From assembly GCA_965237415.1 (NCBI GenBank), contig CBDEFM010000002.1:1184001-1248000 (forward strand): a stretch of 64,000 nt of DNA, read 5' to 3'. Position 1 is the first letter of the stretch. Each line of letters opens with the position of its first letter. A program made the position numbers and the translations under genes. Shown one piece after another: positions 27,566 to 36,273 of this stretch. The notes beneath the pieces were generated by a model. The model did not search any database, was not told the origin of the DNA, and was given only the letters and a program-made list of their open reading frames with translations. Origin of the DNA: Alphaproteobacteria bacterium (lineage in GTDB: Bacteria; Pseudomonadota; Alphaproteobacteria; UBA828).

Positions 27566-28108
27566 ATGACCGCACCTGCGGCGGCGCCAATTTCGATGGA
27601 GGACATCGTCGCCCTCGCGAGGGCCTTCGCGGCGGCGCGCGCGGCGACGGAGGCGCTGGCCGAGGACATCAAGGCGCTGCAGCGCAAGGCCTTGCGAAGC
27701 CGCCTTCGCGCGCTCCGCACCCGGATCGGCGAACAGGCGGCGTCGGAGGAGGCATTGCGTGCCGCGATCCTGGCCCGGCCCGACCTCTTCGTCAGACCGC
27801 GCACCGTCGCGGTGGACGGCATCAGGTTCGGGCTTCGCAAGCAGCCGGGCAGCGTTTCGGTGGGCGACGAGGCGCAGGCGATCAGTCGGCTGCGCGAGCT
27901 CTTCCCGAACCGGGCCGTGGGGCTGATCCGCGTCAAGGAATCCCTCGACCGTGCGGCGCTCCGCAAGTTTCCGGCGGCCGAGCTCGCGCAGATCGGCGTC
28001 ACCATGGAGAAGGCGACGGATGAGGTCGCCATCGCCGCTGCATCCGGCGATCTCGACCGGGTTGTCGCCGCCCTGCTCGACGACGCCGCACACATGGAAG
28101 CGGCATGA
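27566..28108 (+). CDS. Mu Gam-like host-nuclease inhibitor family protein
   Basis: N-terminal coiled coil, then LF..PRT..V.GI.FGLRK.PG, IRVKESLDR.AL, L..IGV. Confidence 0.7.
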   Translation: MTAPAAAPISMEDIVALARAFAAARAATEALAEDIKALQRKALRSRLRALRTRIGEQAASEEALRAAILARPDLFVRPRTVAVDGIRFGLRKQPGSVSVGDEAQAISRLRELFPNRAVGLIRVKESLDRAALRKFPAAELAQIGVTMEKATDEVAIAAASGDLDRVVAALLDDAAHMEAA

Positions 28109-28267
28109 GGGGCGGAAGAGTCGGCGGCGCGGAACACGTGGCGAGCCGGGCCGCGCGCGCCCGCGCCGAACGCCTGTGGCACGAAACTGTCGCGCGCCCA
28201 GGCGCGCCCGAGAGCAATGTTGCGCGGCCCTGCACGCCTGCGAACGATTTGAGCGCAGCGAGAAACC

Positions 28268-28310
28268 CCCACCTCACCCTGGCCCTCTCCTCCCCGCCGG
28301 GAGGAGAGGG
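28268..28310. repeat. REP-like palindrome (CCTCACCC...CCCTCTCC/GGAGAGGG type)
   Basis: Perfect 12-bp stem CCCTCTCCTCCC (28283-28294), loop CGCC, GGGAGGAGAGGG (28299-28310). Confidence 0.75.
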
Positions 28311-28407
28311 AGAAAAAGCTGTCACCGCCCACGTTCCCTCTCCGCCCCCCAGCGCCGCAAGGCGCGAGAGCCAAGTGAGCGGAGCGAACGCCCGGCGCCT
28401 GAGGGAG

Positions 28408-28941
28408 ATGGAAAGAGTGGCGGAAAGGGACAGGGAGAGGCGGGGGACGACAAACGACCCTCCCCTCCCCAACGACCCCGCGACGCGCAAGCTGCGGGCG
28501 CTCTGGATCAGCGCGTTTCACCTGGGCCTGACCCAGGACCGCTCGGACGGCGCGCTCGTAGCCTGGCTCCGCCGCCAGACGAACCTCGACTCCGACACCT
28601 GCCTGACCGCCGACGGTCTCGACCGCGCCGTTCAGCCGTTGGAGGCCTGGCTCGCGCGCGCCGCAGGCGTGGACTGGCGGCCGCACCTCTCCCTCGACCG
28701 GAGCGGGCGGGTGCGGGAGACCCGCCGCCCCCGAGCGCGGGTGTTGGAGGCCCAATGGCGCCTGCTCCACCGCCAGGGGCGGGTGCGGATTGGGAGCCAC
28801 GCGGCGCTTGGCGCCTACGCCGCCCGCTTCGCCGGCCTCGGCCGCGCCGACTGCCACCTCGCGCTCAGCGACGCCCAGTCCGACGCCCTGATCCGCCACC
28901 TCGGCAAATGCATCCGCGCGGCAGGCAAGGGCCATGGCTGA
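28408..28941 (+). CDS. Mu GemA/gp16-like regulatory protein (C-terminal half of the family)
   Basis: RKLRALW...LG..DRSD.AL.AW.RRQT...L.AWLAR motif; GAGGGAG RBS before ATG 28408 (ORF is open from 28105). Confidence 0.65.
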   Translation: MERVAERDRERRGTTNDPPLPNDPATRKLRALWISAFHLGLTQDRSDGALVAWLRRQTNLDSDTCLTADGLDRAVQPLEAWLARAAGVDWRPHLSLDRSGRVRETRRPRARVLEAQWRLLHRQGRVRIGSHAALGAYAARFAGLGRADCHLALSDAQSDALIRHLGKCIRAAGKGHG

Positions 28942-29281
28942 TGTCGCGCCCCTCCCCGGCGTGCTGGAGGAGATCGCGGACATCGCGGGCCGGCCGACCG
29001 CGATCGCGATCGCGCTCGCCTGGGGCGGTCGCGAGGTCCACATCCCGAAGCCGCTTCATCTGGCGCGCCACCCCGACCACCCCCTCGCCCGCCTGCTGGA
29101 GGCCGAGGGAACGGCGCTCAAGGTCTCGGACTACCTCGGCGGAAGCTGCATCTACCTGCCGCGGGCCCGACGCGCCTGCGCCCTTCACCTCGCCGCCGCC
29201 GGCGCGACGCCCGCCGAGGTCGCCGCGCGCCTCGGGCTCTCCCCCAGCGCCGCCAGGCGATACATCAGGGGAGCGCCTTAG
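28934..29281 (+). CDS. Mor/C-like transcriptional activator
   Basis: LPGVL.EIA..AG...A..IA..WGG.EVHIPK, GG..IYLP and a C-terminal HTH (EVAARLGLS..AARRY); follows gemA as in Mu-like phages. Confidence 0.75.
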   Translation: MADVAPLPGVLEEIADIAGRPTAIAIALAWGGREVHIPKPLHLARHPDHPLARLLEAEGTALKVSDYLGGSCIYLPRARRACALHLAAAGATPAEVAARLGLSPSAARRYIRGAP

Positions 29282-29538
29282 GGACGCCCGGTGCGACGGG
29301 AACACAAGCAAGCGGCGGGACAAGCGCCGGGCGCATGAGTGATATGCTTTGGGGGCGGACTGTCCGGCGTTGCACGGCCGCCGTGCCATGACCACATCAC
29401 GGGTGGCGGCGCCCGGCCCGCATCCCCGCGAGGGAGGGGCCGCGCCGCCGCAGATTCAACAGAGGGCCACGCGCGGACGATCGGTCCATCGAGCGGCAGC
29501 CACCGGAGCCCGGTTAGAATAGGAAAGGGTACGTCGTC

Positions 29539-30033
29539 ATGCCCCAGTCATTGCACCCCACGAAGATCGACATTGCCGACAACACACGCGCCGCGATGGT
29601 CGAGCTGCTCAACGCGCGCCTCGCCGACGCGGTGGACCTCGCGACCCAGATGAAGCAGGCCCACTGGAACGTGAAGGGCCCCTCCTTCATCGCCCTGCAC
29701 GAGCTCTTCGACGCCATCCACGTGGCCGTTCAGGGCCACGTCGACAACCTGGCGGAGCGCATCACGGTGCTGGGCGGCACCGCGCGCGGCACGGCTCAGG
29801 TCGCAGCGGCGGACTCGGGCCTCCCCGCCTATCCGCTGGAAATCACAGCGGGCGCCGATCATGTGGAGGCGGTGAGCATCGCGCTCGCCGCCTTCGGCAA
29901 GGGCATCCGCGCCGCCATTGCCGAGGCCGGCGAAGCCGGCGATGCCGACACCGAAGACCTCTTCGTCGAGGTCTCGCGCGACATCGACAAGAACCTCTGG
30001 CTGGTCGAGGCCCACGCGCAGTCGCAGCGCTAG
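29539..30033 (+). CDS. dps: DNA starvation/stationary phase protection protein Dps
   Basis: KQAHWNVKGPSFIALHELFD, D.LAERI..LGG, DK.LW.VEAH. Confidence 0.95.
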   Translation: MPQSLHPTKIDIADNTRAAMVELLNARLADAVDLATQMKQAHWNVKGPSFIALHELFDAIHVAVQGHVDNLAERITVLGGTARGTAQVAAADSGLPAYPLEITAGADHVEAVSIALAAFGKGIRAAIAEAGEAGDADTEDLFVEVSRDIDKNLWLVEAHAQSQR

Positions 30034-30044
30034 ACAGAGTTGCT

Positions 30045-30074
30045 CCAGGGCGCTCGTGGCGAAGAGCGCCCTGG
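30045..30074 (+). terminator. Hairpin downstream of dps
   Basis: CCAGGGCGCTC-8 nt-GAGCGCCCTGG 11-bp stem; no clear U-tract. Confidence 0.45.
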
Positions 30075-30287
30075 GCGGCGCGGTAAAAGTTACAAAAAGG
30101 GTGGCGGGTGCCTACAAAACGAAGCCAATTTCGCGTAGCACCATGATTAACGAACATAAAATATAGATTTTCGCTCGAAGCCCTCCCCCATCGGGACGCC
30201 GTGCCGGCGGCAAAGACCGGTTGACTCGTCGGCGCCCGATGCGTCAGGGTTTTACCCATAGTGAAATGCGGGGGCGCCTCTCGGGGG

Positions 30288-30953
30288 ATGGCCAAGAGCT
30301 CGGCGAAGGCACGGCCGGCGGAGACGGACGCCCCCTTGGGGAAGCGGCTGCGCGACCGCCGCCAGCAGCTCGGACTGACGCTCAAGGAGGTGGCCAACGG
30401 CGCCGGCCTCTCGGTGGGTTTCATCTCTCAGATCGAACGGGGGCTCAACGCGCCCTCTCTGTCATCGCTCGCCGCCATCTCCGGCGTGCTGCGCACCCAC
30501 GTCACCGAGTTCCTGACACAGCCCCGGCCGGATGCGCCCTTCACGCTGATGGGCGAGCGGCGCAGCTTCGCCATCGAGCAGCACGCGCTCCGCTACGAGC
30601 GCATTTCGGCATCCTTCCCCGGCAGCGTTCTCAACGGCGTCATCATCCACAAGCCGCCGGGGCATCGCTCCGAGTGGATCCGGCACGAGGGCGAAGAGCT
30701 TTTCTACATCCTGGAGGGGGCAATCACGGTAGAGACCGAGGACGAGAGCACCGTGCTCGAGGCCGGCTCCTCCATCCATTTCAAGTCGACGCGACGGCAT
30801 TCGAGCTGGAACCACGGCACGTCGCCGGCCGTGATCCTGCATGTGTGCACATCGGATCTGTTCGGCGACCAGAGCAAGCGGCCGCAAGCGGCGGACGATG
30901 CCAGACCGTCGCAGGCGGCCGAAACCGAGGATTGCGACAAGGGAGAACCATGA
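30288..30953 (+). CDS. XRE-family HTH plus cupin transcriptional regulator
   Basis: LTLKEVA..AGLSVGFISQIERG..PSL; HEGEE.FYILEG, H...N cupin motifs. Confidence 0.9.
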   Translation: MAKSSAKARPAETDAPLGKRLRDRRQQLGLTLKEVANGAGLSVGFISQIERGLNAPSLSSLAAISGVLRTHVTEFLTQPRPDAPFTLMGERRSFAIEQHALRYERISASFPGSVLNGVIIHKPPGHRSEWIRHEGEELFYILEGAITVETEDESTVLEAGSSIHFKSTRRHSSWNHGTSPAVILHVCTSDLFGDQSKRPQAADDARPSQAAETEDCDKGEP

Positions 30954-30954
30954 C

Positions 30955-32547
30955 ATGAGAGCACTACTGAAATTGCTGTCGGCAGCCTCGCTGGTGGCGG
31001 CCTTGGGCGCGGTGCCCCAGATCGTTCAGGCCGGCGGCGTGCTGCGCCTCGACGAGGTCGCGGTCGGCGAGCTCGACCCGGCCAAGGCGTCGGACTACGC
31101 CGATTCCATCCTGATGTTCAACGTCTACGACACCCTCGTCATCCCGCAGCAGGGCGCGCCCGGTCACGATCCGCATCTGGCCGCGAGCTGGTCTGGCGAA
31201 GGGACGAGCTTCACCTTCACCCTGCGCGATGACGTGAAGTTCCAGAGCGGCAATCCGCTCACCGCCGACGATGTAGTCTTCTCGCTCGACCGCATGAAGA
31301 CCATCGGCCACGGGCTCTCCTACCTGTTCGTGAGCGTGCAGGGCGCCGAGGCGCTGGACGCCCACACCGTACGCTTCGATCTTTCCGAGCCCTATGCGCC
31401 CTTCGTCTCGTCGCTGGTGCGGCTCCCCATCGTCGACAAGCAGCTCGTCATGGCCAATCTCGGCGAAGGCGAGGGCGAGATGGGGGACTGGGGCCAGGCC
31501 TTCCTCTCGCAGAACGGGGGCGGGTCGGGCGCCTATCGGGTGGTCTCCCACAACCCGCAGGACGAGACGGTGATGGAGAAGAGCGCCGACTACTTCCTGC
31601 CCATCGCCGAAGCGGCGCCGGATACGGTGCGGCTTCGCTACGGGCTCGAGGCGGCGACGGTGCGCACGCTCATCGCCCAGGGCGAGCATGACATCTCCTC
31701 GCAGTGGGTGCCACCGGAGGTGCTCCGCGCGCTTTCCGAGGGCGGCGCGCAGCTCCTCACCGAGGGCGGCGTGACCGGCTTCTATATGAAGTTGAACACG
31801 ACCAAGCCGCCGCTCGACGACGTGCACTGCCGCCTTGCGCTGGCCAAGGCCTTCGACTACGAGGGGGGCATCAAGATCATCGCGGTCACCGACGAAGTCT
31901 CGCAGGGGACGCTGTCGACGGGCGCGATCCCCGCCGCGATGCTGGGCGCCAACCCGCGGGAGAAGGCGCAGACGCGCGACCTCGACGCGGCACGGCAACA
32001 TCTGGCCGATTGCCGCTACTCGCCGGACGACTTCACCCTGGGGCTCACCTGGATTGGCGAGGTGCCGCTGGAAGAACGCTTCGCGCTCCTCATGCAGGCG
32101 AACTTCTCGGAGATCGGCATCAACTCCGAAATCAGGCGGGTGCCGTGGGCGCTCTTCGCCGAGCAGGTATCGAACGCCGAGACCTCGCCCCACGTCTCGC
32201 AGGTCTATGTCACCGCGGTGACCGGCGATTCCGATACGCTGCTCTACGGCATGTACCACTCCAGCGCGGCCGGGACGTGGCAATCGCCCGAACACCTGAA
32301 TGACGCCGAGGTGGACCGCCTGCTGGAAGCCGGGCGCACGGGGGCGACGCCGGAGGCCCGGGCGGACGCCTATTCGGCGCTCAACGACAGGCTGATAGCG
32401 ATTTCGCCCACCATCTACGCCCACGACTCGCTATCGGTCTTCGCGGCGTCCAACCGGGTCAAGGTGCCGGCGCTGAGCGACCCGGCCAAGGCCTTCGGGC
32501 TCGACAGCTTCGGCTTCAGCTTCCGCCTCATGGAAATGACCGAGTAG
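30955..32547 (+). CDS. Peptide/nickel-type ABC substrate-binding protein (family 5)
   Basis: Signal peptide; LDPA, NVYDTLV, FTLRDDVKF.SGNPLTADDVVFS. Confidence 0.92.
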   Translation: MRALLKLLSAASLVAALGAVPQIVQAGGVLRLDEVAVGELDPAKASDYADSILMFNVYDTLVIPQQGAPGHDPHLAASWSGEGTSFTFTLRDDVKFQSGNPLTADDVVFSLDRMKTIGHGLSYLFVSVQGAEALDAHTVRFDLSEPYAPFVSSLVRLPIVDKQLVMANLGEGEGEMGDWGQAFLSQNGGGSGAYRVVSHNPQDETVMEKSADYFLPIAEAAPDTVRLRYGLEAATVRTLIAQGEHDISSQWVPPEVLRALSEGGAQLLTEGGVTGFYMKLNTTKPPLDDVHCRLALAKAFDYEGGIKIIAVTDEVSQGTLSTGAIPAAMLGANPREKAQTRDLDAARQHLADCRYSPDDFTLGLTWIGEVPLEERFALLMQANFSEIGINSEIRRVPWALFAEQVSNAETSPHVSQVYVTAVTGDSDTLLYGMYHSSAAGTWQSPEHLNDAEVDRLLEAGRTGATPEARADAYSALNDRLIAISPTIYAHDSLSVFAASNRVKVPALSDPAKAFGLDSFGFSFRLMEMTE

Positions 32548-32596
32548 ACTTCCCACGGCGGGGCGGGCGTTCTCACTGCCTGCCCCGCCCCGCTGC

Positions 32597-32642
32597 CAAG
32601 CCCGGAACTCTCACCATGGTCTTGGTGAGAAATCCGGGCTAG
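32597..32642. repeat. Collapsed MITE: two TIRs head-to-head forming a hairpin
   Basis: CAAGCCCGGAACTCTCACCA-TGGTCT-TGGTGAGAAATCCGGGCTAG between the binding-protein and permease genes. Confidence 0.75.
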
Positions 32643-32651
32643 AGGCGGGCC

Positions 32652-33677
32652 GTGACGCCGACGCTTCTCATCTTTGTGCGGCGCGTCGGGATCTCCTGCA
32701 TCGTCCTGCTGGGGGTCTCGATGCTGATCTTCGCGATCGCCCGGATCATTCCGGGCGATCCTGCACGCATTGCGCTCGGGCCGAGCGCGACCGACGAGTC
32801 GGTTGCGAAACTCAGGGCGGAGCTCCGCCTCGACGAGCCGATCGCGGTCCAGTACGGGCACTTCCTGAGCGATCTCGCGCAGGGCGACCTCGGCATCTCG
32901 CTCTACACCAACCGGCCGGTGGTGGTGGATATCGCGCAGTTTCTGCCGGCCACTCTCGAGCTCATCTTCGTCGCCGGCGCGATGATGATTGCGATCGGGC
33001 TTCCGCTCGGCATCACATCGGCGCGCTACCGAGGCACCTGGATCGACAATTCCATCCGCGTGGTCACGTTGCTCGGGGTCTCGGCGCCGAGCTTCGTCTG
33101 GGCCATTATCCTGATGCTGCTGTTCGCGTTCTTTCTGCCCCTCTTCCCCATCGCCGGCCGCATCACGGACACGTACAGCATCGAGGCGGTCACGGGCTTC
33201 CTGCTGCTCGACACATTGATTGCGGGCAAACCCGGCGCCTTCGGCAACGCCGCCTGGCACATCATCCTGCCGGCCTTTGCGCTGGCGCTTTCCGGCATCG
33301 GGCAGACGGCGCGGCTCACGCGCGCCAATATGGTGGAGACCTACGACAAGCCCTTCATCGAGATGGCGCGCTCCTATGGCGTGCCGGATCGCCGCATCGC
33401 GCGCCGCTACGCCTTCAAGCCGTCGCTGATCCCGTCGCTCACGATCATCGGGCTCGATTTCGCGGCCATGCTGGGCAACGCCTTTCTCGTCGAGGCGGTG
33501 TTCGCCTGGCCCGGCCTCTCGCGCTACGGCGTCTCGGTCATCCTGCGCAAGGACCTGGATGCGATCGTCGGCACCGTGCTCGTCATCTCGGCCACCTTCC
33601 TCATCATGAACCTCATCGTCGATGTGCTGGTCACGTTCATCAACCCGCGCATCCGCTACGCGCGAGCGCGCTCATGA
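32652..33677 (+). CDS. Peptide ABC permease, DppB-like
   Basis: PGDPA, GDLGISL, PATLEL, ARLTR..M, VEAVF.WPG. Confidence 0.92.
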   Translation: MTPTLLIFVRRVGISCIVLLGVSMLIFAIARIIPGDPARIALGPSATDESVAKLRAELRLDEPIAVQYGHFLSDLAQGDLGISLYTNRPVVVDIAQFLPATLELIFVAGAMMIAIGLPLGITSARYRGTWIDNSIRVVTLLGVSAPSFVWAIILMLLFAFFLPLFPIAGRITDTYSIEAVTGFLLLDTLIAGKPGAFGNAAWHIILPAFALALSGIGQTARLTRANMVETYDKPFIEMARSYGVPDRRIARRYAFKPSLIPSLTIIGLDFAAMLGNAFLVEAVFAWPGLSRYGVSVILRKDLDAIVGTVLVISATFLIMNLIVDVLVTFINPRIRYARARS

Positions 33678-34507
33678 GGCGGGCCGTCGCGATCCTGGCC
33701 TCGAACCCGCTGTCGCTGCTGGGGCTGATCCTGGTCGGCATCATCCTCATCTGCGCGGTCTTCGCGGACTTCATCGCCCCCTTCCCCGAGCATCGCGGCG
33801 CGGTCGTGGACTTCGCCAACTTCAACCAGCCGCCCAAGTGGCCGCACCTCATGGGGACCGATCTGGTCGGCCGCGATCTCTTCAGCCGCGTCATCTACGC
33901 CTATCGGATATCGCTGATCCTGGGCGCGGTGGTGCTCGGCATCGCGGTCCCCGTCGGGGTCACGGTCGGCCTGATCGCGGGCTACTTCGACCGCTATACC
34001 GAGTTCGCGCTGATGCGCGTGACCGACGTCTTCCTCTCCGTCCCGCCGCTGGTGCTCGCCATGTCGATCATGGGCGTGCTGGAGCCGACGCTGATCAACG
34101 GGATGCTGGCGGTCACCGCGATGTGGTGGCCGTGGTACGCGCGGCTCGTCTACAACATGACGCGGGGGGAGAAGGAGGAAGGCTACGTGCTCGCCGCCGA
34201 GGTGATCGGCGCCTCGCGCCTGCATGTGATGTTCCGCGAGATTCTGCCGAACTGCTTCCCCTCCATCGTCACGAAGATGACGCTCGACCTCGGCTTCATC
34301 ATCCTCATCGCCTCCTCGCTCTCCTTCCTCGGCCTCGGCGTGCAGCCACCGACGCCCGACCTCGGCTCGATGGTGGCCGACGGCGCGAAGTACCTGCCCG
34401 ATTCCTGGTGGCTCACCATCTTCCCGAGCCTCGCCATCCTGATCGCGGTGTTCGGCTTCAACCTCATCGGTGACGGCTTGCGCGAGCTCTTCGGGGCCGA
34501 CCAATGA
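33674..34507 (+). CDS. Peptide ABC permease, DppC-like
   Basis: H.MGTD.VGRD.FSR, LSFLGLGVQPPTPD.G, FNLIGDGLR. Confidence 0.92.
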   Translation: MRRAVAILASNPLSLLGLILVGIILICAVFADFIAPFPEHRGAVVDFANFNQPPKWPHLMGTDLVGRDLFSRVIYAYRISLILGAVVLGIAVPVGVTVGLIAGYFDRYTEFALMRVTDVFLSVPPLVLAMSIMGVLEPTLINGMLAVTAMWWPWYARLVYNMTRGEKEEGYVLAAEVIGASRLHVMFREILPNCFPSIVTKMTLDLGFIILIASSLSFLGLGVQPPTPDLGSMVADGAKYLPDSWWLTIFPSLAILIAVFGFNLIGDGLRELFGADQ

Positions 34508-35385
34508 CCGTGCCGACGCTCGATATCCGGGACCTCCGGCTCGGCTTCAAGACCTACGACGCCTATGTCGAGGTGCTGCACGGGATCTCGCTCTCCATCC
34601 AGCCGGGCGAGCGGGTCGCGCTGGTGGGCGAATCCGGCTCCGGCAAATCGGTGACCGCGCGTATCGTGTTGGGGCTCCTGCAGCTGCTGCGCTCGGCACG
34701 CATCTCCGGCAGCGTGGTCTTCGAAGGGCGCGACCTCGACCGGCTGTCGGCGCGGGAACGCCGCCGGCTGCGGGGCACGCAGATGACCATGGTGTTTCAG
34801 GACCCGACCTCGTCGCTCAATCCCGTCTACCGCATCGGCACCCAGTTCCACGAAGTGCTCAGGCGGGCCGAGCCTCGGATCACCGAGCAGGCGGCCCGGC
34901 AGCGGGCGGCGCAAATGCTCTCGGAAGTCTCCATCGACGACCCGGACCGGGTCTTCGACTCCTACGCCTTCCAGCTTTCGGGCGGGATGAACCAGCGCGT
35001 GATGATCGCGATGGCGCTCGCCAACGAGCCCGCGCTGCTCATCGCCGACGAGCCCGGCACCGCGCTCGACGTGACGGTGCAGGCCCAGACGCTCAAGCTG
35101 ATGCGCGAGCTCGTCGAGCATCACCACACGTCGGTGCTGTTCATCTCCCACAACCTCGGCGTGGTGCGCGAGTTCGCGGACCGCGTCTACGTCATCTACA
35201 AGGGCCGCATCGTCGAGCAAGGGCCGTGCGCGTCGGTCTTCGAGCGCCCCGGCCACGCCTACACGCGGGCGCTCATGGCGGCGGTGCCGCGCATCACCGG
35301 CGGCGGGCTGCCGGACATCGATGACGAGCCGCGCGACTTCTCGGAGCCCCTGGTCGTGCACGAGGCCGGCGGAGGCGCCCCATGA
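34504..35385 (+). CDS. Peptide ABC ATPase, DppD-like
   Basis: GESGSGKS, LSGGMNQR, IADEP. Confidence 0.92.
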   Translation: MTVPTLDIRDLRLGFKTYDAYVEVLHGISLSIQPGERVALVGESGSGKSVTARIVLGLLQLLRSARISGSVVFEGRDLDRLSARERRRLRGTQMTMVFQDPTSSLNPVYRIGTQFHEVLRRAEPRITEQAARQRAAQMLSEVSIDDPDRVFDSYAFQLSGGMNQRVMIAMALANEPALLIADEPGTALDVTVQAQTLKLMRELVEHHHTSVLFISHNLGVVREFADRVYVIYKGRIVEQGPCASVFERPGHAYTRALMAAVPRITGGGLPDIDDEPRDFSEPLVVHEAGGGAP

Positions 35386-36194
35386 GCCCGCCGATCCTCG
35401 AGGTGCTGGGTCTCACCAAGGTCTTCCGGCTCGAGGATCGCGAGGTCCCCGCCCTCATCGATGTGTCGTTCGATGTCAGGGTCGGTGAGTGCCTCGCCAT
35501 CGTGGGCGAATCCGGTGCCGGCAAGACCACCGTCGCCAACCTCATCCTCGGCGTCTATCCGCCGACATCGGGCGCAGTCCTGATGCACGGCGCCGCCTTG
35601 CCCGCCCGGCGGCGGCGCGAGCACCGGCGCGCCATCCAGCTCGTGCAGCAGAACCCGCTCTCCACCCTCAACCCGAAGCGCACCGTCGGCGCCTCGCTCC
35701 GCCTTGCCCTCGACGTGCACCGCATCGGCGAACGGCGGGAACGGCCGGAGATCGTGGCGACGCTCCTCGAAGAAGTGGGCCTGCCCGGGGAATTCGCGCG
35801 GCGTTACCCCGCAGCACTCTCCGGCGGGCAGCGGCAGCGCGTCGCGGTCGCCCGTGCGCTGGCCTGCCGCTCGGAGCTGGTGGTTCTGGACGAGCCCACC
35901 TCCTCGCTCGACGTGCTGGTGCAGGCGCGCGTCCTCAGGCTGCTGCAGGAACTGCGGCCCAGGCGCGGCCTCACCTACCTCTTCATCACCCACGACCTCT
36001 CAGTGGTGCGCAACTTCGCCGATCGGGTCGCGGTGTTCGAGAAGGGGCGGCTCATCGAGATCGGCGTCACCGAGACCCTGTTCGCGGCGCCCCAACAGGC
36101 TTACACACGGCGCCTCATCAGCGCGGTGCCGGTCGTCACCCGCGAAGAGGAGGCCGTGCGGGACGCGCTCGCGCAGGGGGAGCTTCACCCATGA
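35382..36194 (+). CDS. Peptide ABC ATPase, DppF-like
   Basis: GESGAGKT, LSGGQRQR, VLDEPTSSLD. Confidence 0.92.
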   Translation: MSPPILEVLGLTKVFRLEDREVPALIDVSFDVRVGECLAIVGESGAGKTTVANLILGVYPPTSGAVLMHGAALPARRRREHRRAIQLVQQNPLSTLNPKRTVGASLRLALDVHRIGERRERPEIVATLLEEVGLPGEFARRYPAALSGGQRQRVAVARALACRSELVVLDEPTSSLDVLVQARVLRLLQELRPRRGLTYLFITHDLSVVRNFADRVAVFEKGRLIEIGVTETLFAAPQQAYTRRLISAVPVVTREEEAVRDALAQGELHP

Positions 36195-36273
36195 CTGAAG
36201 CTGCGCGCGTCATCTCCGCTCTGCGCTACCGCCGCGCTTCGTATTCTTTTCCTTTGACCGTGGGAGGCCATTA

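Noticed and set aside
29282-29337. Possible fourth late-promoter copy right after the mor-like gene (GGACGCCCGGTGCG)
   Set aside because: Only 8 of 14 positions match, there is no -10-like hexamer at the conserved distance, and the next ATG is 39 rather than 36 nt away; at most a vestige
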